Below the pieces are notes generated by a model. That model saw nothing but the letters and a program-made list of their open reading frames with translations, made no database searches and was not told where the DNA came from. The translations under genes and the position numbers were made by a program. Positions 11,334-26,200 of a stretch of 64,000 nucleotides of DNA are shown one piece after another; within the stretch, counting starts at the first letter, position 1; every line of letters begins with the position of its first letter. The DNA comes from Convolutriloba macropyga. Lineage: Eukaryota. The stretch lies in the NCBI RefSeq assembly GCF_964194025.1, contig NC_134478.1:43276001-43340000 (forward strand), in the 5' to 3' direction.

Positions 11334-12091
11334 TTTGGGACTCTTCAATCGGCAAACAATAAATGCAAATTCAACCCAAACTCAAATGGTGCAAAAAAAC
11401 TGAATCGAATTTTTGTTTTCAAAACAGATTTCAAAACAGAACTTAGAATGAGTTATTCTTTGACACAAATCAGCTCAAAATCTTTGGACAGAATTAGAAA
11501 AGCACTCCAAGCACAGATGGAGAAGTTTGCTACGATGCTCGGAAGCGAACCACGTTGGAATCGAAAGCGATCTTGCTGGAAGATTGTGAAGAAGAAATGA
11601 AAGAAGCGAGCATCGAATTTTGTTAGATTACTGATTTTAATAGAAAACTTGAATCGACTCTTAGTTTGTTATACTAGTTTACTGCTTATTTTTGTTGTTC
11701 CTTCCTTATTTTATCCCTTTTCCATGCCAATTCTTTCTATCTCTTAAACAAACAGGGTTTAATAAACAAACAATAATAGCTTCAGTTTACTAGCTCGGAA
11801 TCATCAAAATAACACGTGATCAAACTTGAACGAACGTGGCCGATCGTGAACGAAGTTATAATTACTAATCAGAAGTTTTATTATTTCAATTCAATTAAAG
11901 ACGGACGAATCCAATCAATCAAATTGGTCGAAACAACTCGACTGGACTTAACCAAATTCTCGAGATACAGGGTACCAAATTATATATCTCAAACTCGCCA
12001 GATCTCCAATATCTGGTGTCAACAAAAACAAACAAAGACTCAAAACTTGACCATTCAATGCTGATTTATAACATATGATGAACTTAATAAA
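11334..12091 (+). terminator. fz5/8 3' UTR with candidate polyadenylation signals
   Basis: AATAAA at 11358, 11761 and 12086; which one is used cannot be determined. Confidence 0.4.
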
Positions 12092-15000
12092 TTAGTCTAT
12101 ATATTAATATAATTCGATGTTAGTGATTGAGAGGATATTTTTATTTTGATTCAATGTCATTTCGTAACTTTCTTTTGCCGACTCTTAACACACATTCTAC
12201 TTTGCCATCGTTAGAAAAAACTGGGATTACGAACTTCCATTTCAAACTTCAATAATTTTGTGTTCCTGCGAATTTGCTGCAAAATATCATCGAGTTGTAT
12301 CATTACATTAATAGAAGCTGCTTTTGAAAAGTTTAACCTGGCACCTATTATGATTTTTTGAAGGCTGCGGCTTAGAATACTGAACAAAGTAATCTTGTAC
12401 TTTTTTATGAACCATTGTTGAAATTATTTTTAACGTGGGTTTGAGCATTTATGTTGTGGCTTCTATGATGTACTGGTTGGGCTGTGGTGAGTGTTAATGA
12501 TAATTATGGAGAACAAGTTGCCGATAGATTGGGGGGTTATATTGGCAACTGTTACAACTTTCAAAGGACTAACTTGTGATGAAATTGATGTTGAGTCTGT
12601 TTCTGCCGATGCTCCTTTTTGGTCCTCCTCCTCCTTTCCTTGCACTGTGCATAGTTAAATTGATCATACTATTTTGCATATTTCATATATTCATTTTATA
12701 TTTTGCTCACTTTCGACAATGAAATTTAAACTTCACAAATTCTCTCTCTTCCTTCTCTACATCTCTCACGCTTTCTTTCTGCTTATACAAAAGAATTTTC
12801 GACAGTGCAAGAAATTGCTCAGTTTCAATACCGGGATCGTGTTTAATTCCCCAAAAAATCAGTAAATCACAAGTTTAAGGATATTAACAAATTTAAGACT
12901 TTCAAGCTTTTTTGAACAAATCATTGTTTCGTACATTCTTAGTATGACACAAATGAACGCTAGGCAAAAACAACTTTTCTTTTTCTATTGATCATTTTAT
13001 AATGCCGTTTATAACATAGCTTGACAATCAAAGTGGTATGAAAGTGTGTGATAACGGGACGACCCGTGAAGTTCCAGTGAATTTTAAATGGCATGTAAAG
13101 TGACGGTTTTACTGAATTTTGAAAAATTTTTATCGACTTCATAAAATTTAGTTGATGGCCATGGTAAAACTTGTTTTCTTTTTTGGAATCCAAGAATTTC
13201 AATTTCCAAATTTTTCAAAGTCTACTTTGCTACTGGACATTTGACCTGAAGGGTTGAACGTATTGTTGGTCAACCCCAGCTACTATAAAATGGTCAAGAA
13301 AAATTTGTCAGATGTTTTTATACAGTACTTAGTTGTTCAGCCGTAATTTGATAGTTGTCTCTGTATTCAAGTTTCGAACTTCTATTCGTTTTGCCTGAAG
13401 TATCCCATTTCAATTTTTGATAGAGCTTCATTCTAGAGACTCATCACTCATTATTGTGGGAATTAGTGAGAGAACGAATGTATTCATTTTTTAGTTTAGA
13501 TTTTCGTACAATTTAGCTTTTGTAGATATTTTTAAAGAAATTTTCGGCCTTTGTTGTCGGTAAAATTATAAGATCATTTAGAACAAACAGATTATACGAA
13601 AAGATTGTTATGCTCTCTCGAGATAAAATTTAAACAAAAATCTTTGTTTTAGGATGCCTGACTTTTCTCGCGATGATTAAGGCCTCTTTTTAGATAATTG
13701 CTGGTGTTAAATAATTTACACATGCGCAAATTTGTAAATATATAAAAAATTGGGTCTTGGCGAAGTTCAAAAATTACCTCTTTGATACTATTCTGCAATG
13801 TCCTGTACCCATATTTTGCCCTTGAGAGGATTGTATTAAGAATCGTTTCTTATATTTCAGGAAATTCGTTTCCTGAGTTTTATTAATAATCCGTAGACAC
13901 TGGTTCGAGACTGATTCGTTCCGTTATCTTCATTTTTACTTTTACAAATATTAAAATTTTGTCCTTTTGAATCAGAAATCTCCGCTTTGACCGAATTTCG
14001 CAATATTGTATCTTTCTCTAATTCCAGTGTAGTTGAATAAAATTCCTGTGAATTATTTCATTTAAGGGGACTTTTATTCTACGGAATGAAGTTTACTGGC
14101 GAGCGTCAGTTTTATTCAACGAAACTGTCACCGTTTAAATCTTGACAGGCTGTTTGTTCGTTTTAAGAGAATCGTGTCCATGAAATATTCCGTAGTTGAC
14201 TGCATTCACTAGAGCCTACACTAGAGTATGTGTGCGATGTATTAGCTATTTCTGTAATCTGAATATGGTTGTGTTGTGCGGATATTACTTCAAATTTTGT
14301 GATGAGCAAAGGTTATGTTGCATTTTAGTATATATTTTGAACTTTATCCATGCGATGAATACGAATGATTTCATCAATGGATTATTTTGTAGATATTTGA
14401 CTTGGTTGAAGTTGCGTTTAGTTGAGTTTGCAAGAGTTATAGAACTTGTTTAACTATAAACTAGTGGAGTTTGTGTGGTGGTGGTGTGGTGTTAGTTGTG
14501 CGTCGATCATAGATAGGCTAGGATTAGCCACACAACTCAGACTTGACGACTCTTTATTTACTCACAAATCACAGCCGGGTTGTCTTAGAACACTCTCTCT
14601 TCAGCACACACCAACTAACACAGTCATGCCTTGGGCAAATTTGAGTTGAGATTGGGACATTGTGCGAATGTTGTGTGCAAATTTGCATATCTTGATTTGC
14701 CAATCCATCAACATAATTGACAGCTAATCAGCACAATTGAGCAAATCTCTAAAGAGATACACTAAATGTCAACTTGCTTCAAATTGATGGTGGTGGCGGT
14801 GGTTGTCATACTGGTGACTTTTGCGATGGTACGAATTATAGCATGTGCTCTGAAATACACCATCTCTAGGACTCCAGGCATCGTTGATCTTTTAAGGAGA
14901 TTAACGGATCTTCACAAAGTGGTTGATGTTTGGGACTATTTTCAGAAATTGAAATGTGTCAACGAGAAAGTGCAAGGAGATAATGTATGAATGATGTTCA

Positions 15001-15222
15001 CTGAAATATCGAATATGCTAACAAAGTTGATATTGACGTTTAACAAGCAGACGCCGGTAAAGCATTTGAAGTGAGGGGTGGGTGGACCAACGAGGGCTCC
15101 TCTTAATGACCTTGTTCTGACATTTCCTCAAAAAATGAACTGTTTTTCTCGAGTGTGAAAAATGTTTTTGAAATCTAGATTTCTCTGCAGACGTTCCTGT
15201 AATGTTCCCTAGCTTTAAGAAA

Positions 15223-15270
15223 AATAGGAGGGCCGGCTATTTGCGTTCGCACATATTGTTCCAACCGATC
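15223..15270 (-). mobile_element. HINE-like family B, 3' end
   Basis: Reverse strand reads ggttggaacaatatgtgcgaacgcaaatagccggccctcctatt, matching 30626-30670. Confidence 0.65.
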
Positions 15271-18260
15271 ATGTGCCAAACAATTTATCAAAACTCGAGA
15301 ACGTAAGTTTTATCCAATACGGAAATCTGTAGATTTAAATGCAATTTTGGCCATATCGACCGTTTTTTAAGTTTGACCATTAACACGTCCTGCAATTGTA
15401 AGACAGCTTAACTTAGATGTGACAAAAACCAATTTTTTCTGAGTTACTGAAGTGAATGAAAAAAAAAATCAAAGCAGAAAATGAAGAGCACAGTAACGAA
15501 TTGCTCTCATTCAGTCGACTGTCGTAAGATTGACTCTCAGTCGCCTTGGGGAGACTATACTTGCTGAGTTAGTAGCAGAAAAGTGGGGCTTGTCTGTCTT
15601 TTTTTCATATATAAGAGAAATGAGACCGAAAAACGCAAAACCTGTTTTATGAAATACAGGTTTTAAAATTCTGACTATAATGAAAAATTTCTTTTTGCAG
15701 GCTTTAACGCCTTAGTTTCTCATTCAATGTTAAAAATTTAGAGAAAACCGATTAACCTATATATTGGTAACATATTATGATGAAAGTTGATACTATGAAA
15801 CTTTTTGGAATACTAAACACACATCCTATCTTTCTCTATTGTCCTGCGGATAAATGTTTTTTGCTTAATACCTTAACCTCTATGCAGCTTCCTTTTTTTG
15901 AGCTTACTGCATCACGAGACGACTGTTGAACAGAAGGATAGAATTTGAATCTGAAATATATGCACTTAGTAATCGCGCATGGTAATTTGGTATAAAAGAA
16001 TTGCTCTTTTCATGAAAAAAATTACTCTGTGAATCTCATCGTTGTTTGCTACTTCTAGTTTTGCGACCAATCAGTTGGAAAAATAAGGAACACATCTATG
16101 ACGAATCTCTGATTCGCCGAATCCTAAATATCCTTTGATGCTTATAAAATTCATAATTGATATGTATTTAAATTGATATAAAGCAGTATAATTATTAACC
16201 AATCAGAATGTAGTATAATTATATCTAAAAGTGCTGGAAAAAAGAATAAATAATATAAGAGAGAGAATAGAAACTGGATAATAATATAGTTGCATTCCAA
16301 GATTCTGTTTTCCTAGTCGGTTAGATTTGGGGATTTGTAAGCTAGAACCCGTATCCGCTGGCTGAAACAAGAAATTCAGTCTACCGCCATTATAACATCT
16401 CTATAGTTATTTAGTAATCCAACGTAATCGGAAATTGATGGGAAAATATCTTAGCTTTCCGTGTATTTTTTTTTCATGATTACAATGGCTGTTAATTTTT
16501 TTGACATTTTAGTGCCATCAATTTTTAATCACTAGAAGACATAAATTTCGTAGGGGATTGTATCAAATATTTTTTCCAACGATAATCTGTTCAGATATTT
16601 TATTGGCATTCTAGAATTTCCATTAAGTTTCAATTGCAGAAAATCTTTTTTTTTCGTATACCTGGCATAACGTTTCAGATTATGAAAGAAATTGTAGATT
16701 TTCAAGTTATATGTTTGGATGTTTTCTTGTGTTTCTGATCCTCATGTTCAGTGACTGCTGGATTTTTTGGTTGAGTAAGGCTTCCATTTAACAAAAATGT
16801 GTCTTCTGTGATTTCTTTTGGATATTATTGGAGCAAAAAGATAATTAGTTGCACATCGTCTTTTCGTCTTCGATTTTTTCTGACGTCCTAATTGTAACAG
16901 TTACGCTGAATAGTTTTCATTACTTAGTGTATTACCCAGTAAAATCAAGACTGCTGAGGTTTTAACATGAAACTAAGAATCTTAAGACTCTGATCATTTT
17001 CAGTTATTGTGAAATCTTACTGTCTGTTCATTCTTTTAAGTTCTTTCGATTTGCTGTAAAGTTTGCTTTTTTTTCAAGTGAATAGGTTTTAGTTGGCACA
17101 ATTTGGTAATGTTGTTATTTCTGTAGGATGCGTAAATAAGTGAAGTTTCGTCTGAAGAAAGCTTCGAATAATTATACTTAAATGGGAATACTGCAATTTG
17201 TTCAGTTTCCTATGTCGCCATAGCATTGTGGTTTTATAATGTCCGTTATTTCTAAATCATTTCGAGTATTCGAAATAATTTGAAAAAGAATTTTTGCAGC
17301 TTTTATAGCACTGATAACTCCTACTTAGTTACTAGGTTGATTTTGGTTGGCTCACCTTTCGAAAGAGCGCGCCTGGCAAAAAGCACGAAAAAGTGGTTTG
17401 ACTTTGAAAATTGTTTTTTTTCTTGTCCAGTACTCTATATCTGCACCACAGACCTGTCCTCCTGGCTTCGGAAACTAAGAAATTTGAAAATTCCGATGTT
17501 AAAAGAGTCATGTCGGCTCTTATTTGTTTCGCGACCCTTGAAAAGATTTTCATTTAAATAGATTCCGTGGTTTATAAAATACTTGAAAATGAGAGAGCTT
17601 TTGCCATTGTGGGTTTGATGGGAATTTACTGCAGATGCGGAAACGCACTGAAATAGTACTAATAGATGAGTTTTATTACAAGGAAGAGAAGTGAAAACGT
17701 TTCTTTGATTAAAGCTTAGTTTCTAATTTGAATTTCGGTTCTTTCAAAATGTGGCTTTCGATTTGAAGTTTGAGTTGAATTTGTATCTCTGGTAAAGAGG
17801 AACCGAGTGAGCATTTGTTAATAAGTAAAATTTAAATTTGCTGCTTCTCGGATCTTCGTTTTTAATATCAAATTTAAGACAAATTTGCGGGAAATTGTGG
17901 TCTCATGCTTTTTAGCTATGATGTGTTTAGTTCTTCTCAAAAGTGTCCGAGTTTATTACAGAACGATGGTTGGTGTTCAATACTTATACATCCGAAATCT
18001 TTTGTGTAAATGTTTCAAAAATCATAGGAAGTGATTTTAAGTAGACTTTTAAGTGATGTTCATTAAACGGTTGTTTTTAGTCGCTCTCAAAAATTGTTTG
18101 AAGCAATTATTGTTAGGCGTTTTGTTCTAGAACATACTTTTGATTTCACTTCTTGTGCGACTTTTTCGTGCTTCACTTCTTGATTTTAGCTTGACCTAAT
18201 TTGCTCTTGTTCAGAAATTTTTTCCTGTTAAAATAAAAGCGATTGTAAGAACGGTTACAA

Positions 18261-18670
18261 GGTCTTGATAGCCGAGTGCTGAATGCTTTAATCTATTATG
18301 CTGGAGGGTAGAAGTTTGAACCCCTTATTGGTCTGATATTTTTGCATGCATGAGAATTCGTAGACGACAGCCACTCTGAATTAAATTTCCCGCCTGTCAT
18401 TTTACAGCAAATTTTCCGACGTTGGTCGGTTTGTCTGTAAATTCACACGTGATTCGTAGACGTTCATAAATTTTGGTCTGAAATTTTTTGCGTGTAATTC
18501 CAGTGGCTCAATAAGATCAATTTCATTTTTACAGCAATTTTTCCGAAGTTGGTCGGTTTGTCTGTAAATTCTCATGTGATTCGTAGACGGTCATAAATTT
18601 TGGTCTGAAATTTATTATTGCTTGAAATTCGAAGTGGCTCAATAAGATCAATTTCATTTCAGACCTACAA
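18261..18670 (+). mobile_element. Degenerate tRNA-derived SINE-like head followed by ~127-bp tandem repeat (2 copies)
   Basis: A-box-like tagccgagtgc (18269) and B-box-like agtttgaaccc (18313) at tRNA spacing; repeat units start near 18398 and 18523. Confidence 0.45.
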
Positions 18671-20820
18671 TTTTACCAATTTTACTTTCGTATGCAATGT
18701 TGAATTTTACAGACATCATTTTTCATTTATACGGGGGTGATTTCGCGTTTTAAAGTTCTAAGTTTTCTGTCTTTTCGGAGCAAGAGGAGACACTGGTCCT
18801 GTTTTCCCAGTATTTTTAATACATATGCGAGAACTGTTTTTCAATTTCAATAAGCTCCCGGTTTCAAGTTCTTTTTCATAAAAAATAAAAGAATAGATAC
18901 TGATAACAATTAATTGGAGAAATCTTCTACTTTTCGTGGACTATTCTGTTTAATTCTCCTTATCAAATTTTTGATTTCGCTTTGTTTCCCACGCTAAGAT
19001 GACCAAAAAATTGTATTAAAGATTTGCTTGTGGAGAAATATAGAATGAAAATACCCGATGAAAAAAAGATACAACTTTCGTCAACGTGCGCAGCTTTTTT
19101 TGAACTTTTGCAAATTTTATTGGTCACATCTAACAAAATATGTCAAAGCCGAACGATTTTCTATAGGAATTTTACGAAAAACTTTTGAACATGTAACCCC
19201 AAATTGATTGATGACCTCCCTAACTATCACACCAAGTCAGTGCTCAAGAGTGTCACAGAAATTTGAAAATAGTGCAATTCGACATCTGATTTCTCATTTT
19301 CACAAAACCAAAAGAACACGGGAAAAGGTTAGTGTTCAGGTCAGATTTTCATTCGGGTTGTATCCAGCTTTGTTTCTATAGCTTTAATAAACTATAGTCT
19401 GCTTTTCAGAATATTTCAATGTGTCTGTCCGATCATTTCTGCATGCAAAATTTCTACATAGCCACTCAGATTACGCAACGTAAGTAGAACTACTGTCATT
19501 CATTTTTCTCAGTTATGCGGTAAATGACTTCTGACGTAACAAAAATTTTCGTTTTGTAGATATTTTTACATCAATTGTGCTATTTTTTCCCATGCTTGTT
19601 AATAATAGATAGATTTTGAATAAGATATAATTTGTAAATGGACGAGATGAGCTGATGAGACCTTGGTCAATTTTGACGATATAAGAGTTGTTTAATAGCC
19701 GCCGTCAGCCTCTCAATGACTATTTTTAGGCGCTCTTCTTTTTTCAGCTCGCTTTAACTTTTTATCACGTTTTACATAGGTCACGATTTTCACCCTTGTC
19801 TTCTGACTTACCTCACTCACTGTTTCAACTGAATGGATTTTAAATTCTTTCATGTATTAAATTACGCAATACGGTGAATGCTGTCAAAGTCAAAAGAGAA
19901 GTCGAAAGAAACGAGGTAAACAAAAAGATTTCTCATTAAGTCATACTACAGTAGGTTATCGAAGTTCATTAAAGCGATTGTTAGCTGGCATTTATGTTAC
20001 GCTTAATGGCCTTCAGTTTAGAAGCTGAACTAAGTGTAATTTTAAAAGTCATTTTAGATAGGAAATCATATGAAGTTAGTTTTCAAAAGAATATCAGTCC
20101 CTCTAGTTTGCGAACTTTATGCTTCTTTGAATTTCAACCTTGCTCACTTTAAATTATTATTAAAATGTTATGGTAATTATTATGGTCCGATTTTTGTCAT
20201 TGTTGCTTTCAGTTTTAATTAGAACATGAGAATCCTCAATCAATAAAACAATCACAATGATCGTTTAAGTCTGCGGATATAAGACACAGTGAGGAAGATT
20301 GGTAGTGTGCATACTCACATAATGTTTGAACATATCAAATAAACAACATTTATCAGAAAGTATCCTGGATTTCCTTGTACATAGTTAACTTCATTATACA
20401 AATTATCATTGGGCAGAATAACTGTTGCAGTCTCCTTTTCTAAAAATAAAACTAGGAAACGTGATTTGAAAGTAAACATCAGTTTTTTTCATCGTCGGGC
20501 TTTTCAGTAAGAACATTGATACATATCCGGAATACATTCAGAAAATAAATGGTAAAATTTGCTATTATAAGTAGTCTTTGGTGACCTTCGGCAGATAAAT
20601 TTCTGCTCATAGTCTGATGGAGACACTGTTCTCAAATGAATTAATTTTGGTAAAAGCCTTGCAAGTGACCTCTTAAAAGAGTAATCAGGTTCAATTTAAA
20701 AAATGGGGCAAATTAGTCAAACACAATTTGAAAATTGGTATACCGATGATATGGGAAACTAGAGAATAAAGTTTGTTTTTGGACAAAGGTTTGGAAAGTG
20801 CATAGCAGAGAAAGACTTTT

Positions 20821-21320
20821 TAATAGTCGCAAAGCGATTGCTGAGGCTATTATTGGCCTTTTTCTTGGTTTTTTTCATCGTCAAGGTTTTTGTTTTGACC
20901 ATATGACGTCACAATCACCTCAAATTTGTTTTTATTCATTTGTTCAAGCAATTGCAACTGAATTACATGCATGACGTCATTTTTCACTCTTAGAGTAGAT
21001 AATTATTTTGTTTCTTTGCGGGAATTATGTTTTTTGTCACAAGTGTTTTCCCTAACTCTCAAAATTGACTTCTTCACTCTGAAGTTGACTTTTCTTCACA
21101 TTAATTGAAAGAGCAGGTCAATTTGAGGGAAATTGAAGGATATTTGAGGGCAGCTAATAGAAGCAGCAATAAGCTAAACAGAATCCTAATCAAAATATAA
21201 CATCGGAGTATTAAAAAACGAAGTTTCATTTTTGGTCTGTTTCTTTTACTATCTTTTTTATACTGCAGGTCCACAAAGGTATTGCAACCATTTTCTGGAA
21301 ATCTGCCATCTATGTTTAAC
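20821..21320 (+). repeat. Dispersed repeat family C (uninterrupted copy)
   Basis: Homologous to 40265-40312 plus 40709-41140 (catatgacgtcacaatcac, gaaggatatttgagggcagct); fragment also near 36415-36500. Confidence 0.8.
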
Positions 21321-23280
21321 TATAGACGTTGGGAAATTTCATGAAGTTCGACTGTTTTTGGTAGACCAAAATGAGCAGATATCAAGAATAGTTAGTGGCA
21401 TTATAAATGATTATCTTAGAAAAATTTTACACTATATTTAAAATAACTGAGTTCTAAATAGACTTTGAAAGTCGCTATTCTTTAAGTAAAAAAATCCGAA
21501 AAAGCAAAAATTGATAGAGGACTATTGTATATAGTTTAGTGAGAAAGAGGAAGTTGTGAGAGCTGTTAGAAAAAAAAGAAAAAAAAAGCTGAGTGTAAAA
21601 ATTATTTCAAAGTTTTACTTTGAAAGGGCTCCTTCAGTAAAATCAAGGAGAGATACTAAAATAAATTCTCAATTAAATCAATGAAAAACTTTTGATTCGT
21701 ATCTTTTTTGCCGTATTCTAATAGGTTCTATAGCTGTGGTAAAAACAAAGTGGACCTGCTGAAAAACTGCTGAAAATTTTGTTCCATGTTTGTTAATAGG
21801 AAAATTTTAAAATTTTTCCAAAAGCAGTTTTGAAATTATGCAATAAAGAAGATATTGAAAGAGGTTGACATAGGCTGACAGCATTGGAAATGAGACAGGG
21901 GTAAAATGTCAAAAACCTTTGATCAAAATTTTCCCCATGAAAAAAATATGAAAATCTGTATAAACTGTAGATTCTGGTTTTCAGAGCTTTCCAATGATAC
22001 ACCACTCGTTTTGTCTCAGCATTACGTATCGACAGGCGGAAATTAACTCAACCAGAAAAATCCATAATGTTTTAACCACCATTTCTTTACCAAGCTTGGA
22101 ACAATAATAACTCAGCTGAACATATTCTGATTATTAAAATCTTTAAAATGTGCAATGATATATCCGTAATTTAATTAGTATAAGCACATTGAAAGAAATT
22201 TCAAAATTTTCGGATGAAAAAAATTAAGTCTTTTCTTGCTCAATTTTTTATTGGTAATTCATGAATTACCAAATCTGTTTTTTTTTCGAGCTGTTCCCTA
22301 AACCTTTTTTTTTCGTTTCAGTTTTCCAAGGACTCTTGAAGGACTTTTGCATCTTTCTGCAGAAGATTGGGCAAAGTTGGCTAGACAAATCAGTCGGTAA
22401 AATTCCTAACGCCCAGATAAATTGTTACCGATTGGATTTTTCCTCTAATTGATTGATGACGGCTCATAATTTTATTCCTTTTAACTTGCTTTTTTTAAAT
22501 TGTAGATAATCTAAAATCTCAAAATAGGGGGAATTTAATGATCACTTGAAGCAAAAAAGTGAATGCTACTCAAGAAGTTGATTCAACCCACAGTATCTAT
22601 TTGCAATTTACCAACTGTTTTGTGTTCTATAGTATTGTTGTGTATATAGTATAATCTTGGAAATGGAGTATTTTTAAGCGTTTTTTTATTCGCACGTTTG
22701 TTTCTGTCATATTTTGGAGAATGCATTTTCACAGAATGCAGTTTGAATGGTCCAGCTCTTAACTTTGCGAGAGACGCAAAAACTTTGGTCAATGGATCTC
22801 GAAGACAACAGTGAACACGTTCAATGGCCCGCTTTATATTCATTCAACTACGTTCATATCTTGCTATGAGTTCAATGCTTCCAATTAGGAAATAAATGAA
22901 ATTAGAAAGAAAGTAGTTTTCTTAACGAGCCTTTATTGATTCCAACTTTTTCTCACTCGTCATATTAAAAGTAAAATTAAAAACAAAACGTTTTGAAGTT
23001 GAAGAATCGGAACTGGATGCTAGGATAAAACATTAAAGACAGTAGTCTTATTTCTATTGTGAAATCCGGCTATGTTGGTATACTTTATGGCTAACTTAGG
23101 TTTTACAGTGGGTCTTTCTCCCGCCCATGGCGAATGCTTGTCCATCTTTTTATGATGTTCTATAATGGTTCCATTGTTCTCTAAGCAAAATTTATTGCTA
23201 CAAATTGAAAAGATATATATCAATTTCAGCTTTATTGTTTTTGTGTTAGTGAAACTACACTGGGTCGCGCCGCGAGACAC

Positions 23281-26200
23281 TGAACTGCAAAAACGGATAA
23301 ATTTTTAATCAGCGAGATAATGTCTTTGAGAAGTGTACAATCGACAAGGTTCTTTTCAGAATATAAGTATTAAAAAATATTAAATAGTTAGTGTCTGAGC
23401 TGTTTGTGTTATAATTGTTTCGACATGCTGTGGCTTTTTTATCCCAAAATTGACTACAAAACAGTATGAAAAAGAAAATAAAATGCGTATTGAGTATTCT
23501 GAAATGAAACGGATTCTAAAAAGGCGCCTTTCGTCTGCAATTCTACAATGATACTTCCTTCTTCTGCTTCTGTTTGTTTATTATCCAACCGCCCCTACCC
23601 CACCCCACCCTAAATGTAATAATGCACTTTATTATTCTATTGAATTTATGTGTTTCCTTAAATCTCTTGTTAAGTGGATAAATGTTTGCTCTCATAAAGC
23701 GTTTTGTCTAATCTTATTAGTACAAGTGGCGTCAGTGTGATTGATCATTTTTGTCTCAGTTGGGATCCAAATATGTTTCACCAGACGGTGGCTTGGACAG
23801 GGGGAGTGTTTTATTATGTCTGTCTGTATTTTTTGCATTTTAATGTATAAACAGGACAAAGTCAATTCTAAATTTTTGTAGCTATTTGTATTGTTGAGAA
23901 TAAAAACAATATGACAATGCACCATAACGATCCTTAGGGTCCAAATGTGTATTATTTTTCTTTTCAGATATTGAGTCAGCGATGGTCTGATTGTTACTAC
24001 TTAGAAATTGATGTCAATAAGAATGAGTCTTTTCTTGCTCTAAAAATGAAAACATTTCTACCGCTTATTTGTCCTCTGGGGCTTTTTTATGAACCAATGT
24101 ACATTTTTTTAGCTGGTGGTTGCACGAAAAACGTTGCCAAGTAAAACTTGCGCTCTCCATGATTCAAATGTGCTAGTTTTTGTCTCCAAATGGTGTATCA
24201 GCACCGTTTTTACTACCCTAAGTAATGCACTGGGAATACATTTTCGTTTTTGACGAAAACTGTCGCCAGAAAACAATTCTTGAGGTTATTAATTGTTGTG
24301 TCGCCACCAAATTTCAATTTTTGTTCAGACTTACGAAGCCGGATGCTGATTCTTCTTGTCAAAACAAAATACATGGGGATTAGATAATAGGCAAAACTAG
24401 CGCGAAAACAATCTTTTCTAGCCATTCGACTAAAGCTTTGAGGAAATTAGGCGTATAACAATTGAAAGACTTGAAGGAAGTACTTCAAAATCTACATACA
24501 AGTTTGTAGAGATAACATGAGTTGTTAAGGAACATGTAAGTTTGTAAAATAATGGATTTTGAAAAAATTAACAGGGAAAGAACCGCGAACGTTCTCTCGG
24601 TTTTAATGCAAAGAGCAATGTAATGTATGAAAATGTTTTACATGTTAAAATTAATTAAAATGAAGCAACGGATAGTTAATTTTTTTATAAACATTGAATG
24701 TTGTTAACAAGAATGCGGATTATAACAATTCGTGTGAATCTTTTGTCGTCACCCAAATTCAATTGTCATTCAAATATATGTTCAAATGAGTTTTTGTTTT
24801 GCCCAGTCAAATTTGGAAAACCTATATGCAATACGGTCTGAGTGATATCAGCTGACAGATTGTTGGTCAATCAAGTGAGTTTTTTTGCTTGGTATCCGTC
24901 CTTTTTTATCTATTCAACACGAAGGAACAATATTCCTTCTATTCTTAGACGTTTTTGAACAGTGCTCAAATCAACAGTGTTTGCGAACTCTCTTCCATTT
25001 AAAGCTCACTTTGGTGAATTTGTAGTCATTTTTCCTGTTCTGCTAATTAGAAATTTTTCGCCTGAATTTAATTTTTCATGCAAATCTTTGACACTTGACT
25101 GCTCGATTGGTCAAACTCTGTTCAACGATTGATTAAATTCTCCTCAAGTTAGTGCCCTGCTAGAAATCATGATTGAATGCTGGCCCTGGTTTGTGCAATC
25201 TCTTGTGAGATTATAGAAAACGCTCAGCATCTTTTTGGTCTGAGCAATAACGTTATTTCTTTCCAACAGTTAAGGTATCAATAGATACGAGATGGTATGA
25301 TATATTGATTAACATTCAAGGTTTTTGTAAATCAATATTAGCTTGAACTGCAAAAACGGATAAATTTTTAATCAGCGAGATAATGTCTTTGAGAAGTGTA
25401 CAATCGACAAGGTTCTTTTCAGAATATAAGTATTAAAAAATATTAAATAGTTAGTGTCTGAGCTGTTTGTGTTATAATTGTTTCGACATGCTGTGGCTTT
25501 TTTATCCCAAAATTGACTACAAAACAGTATGAAAAAGAAAATAAAATGCGTATTGAGTATTCTGAAATGAAACGGATTCTAAAAAGGCGCCTTTCGTCTG
25601 CAATTCTACAATGATACTTCCTTCTTCTGCTTCTGTTTGTTTATTATCCAACCGCCCCTACCCCACCCCACCCTAAATGTAATAATGCACTTTATTATTC
25701 TATTGAATTTATGTGTTTCCTTAAATCTCTTGTTAAGTGGATAAATGTTTGCTCTCATAAAGCGTTTTGTCTAATCTTATTAGTACAAGTGGCGTCAGTG
25801 TGATTGATCATTTTTGTCTCAGTTGGGATCCAAATATGTTTCACCAGACGGTGGCTTGGACAGGGGGAGTGTTCTATTATGTCTGTCTGTATTTTTTGAA
25901 TTTTAATGTATTACCAGGACAAAGTCAATTCTAAATTTTTGTAGCTATTTGTATTGTTGAGAATAAAAACAATATGACAATGCACCATAACGATCCTTAG
26001 GGTCCAAATGTGTATTATTTTTCTTTTCAGATATTGAGTCAGCGATGGTCTGATTGTTACTACTTAGAAATTGATGTCAATAAGAATGAGTCTTTTCTTG
26101 CTCTAAAAATGAAAACATTTCTACCGCTTATTTGTCCTCTGGGGCTTTTTTATGAACCAATGTACATTTTTTTAGCTGGTGGTTGCACGAAAAACGTTGC

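Noticed and set aside
14766-14990. 74-aa ATG ORF with hydrophobic N-terminus
   Set aside because: No recognisable family; hydrophobic run derives from GTG repeats; no supporting gene structure
19650-19675. Hammerhead-like ctgatga-gacc-tt-ggtc
   Set aside because: Required GAAA after stem II is absent and stems I/III are not evident
22583-23280. Two - strand ORFs possibly from a decayed transposase/integrase (IERVHCCLRD)
   Set aside because: Resemblance too weak to assign without a profile search
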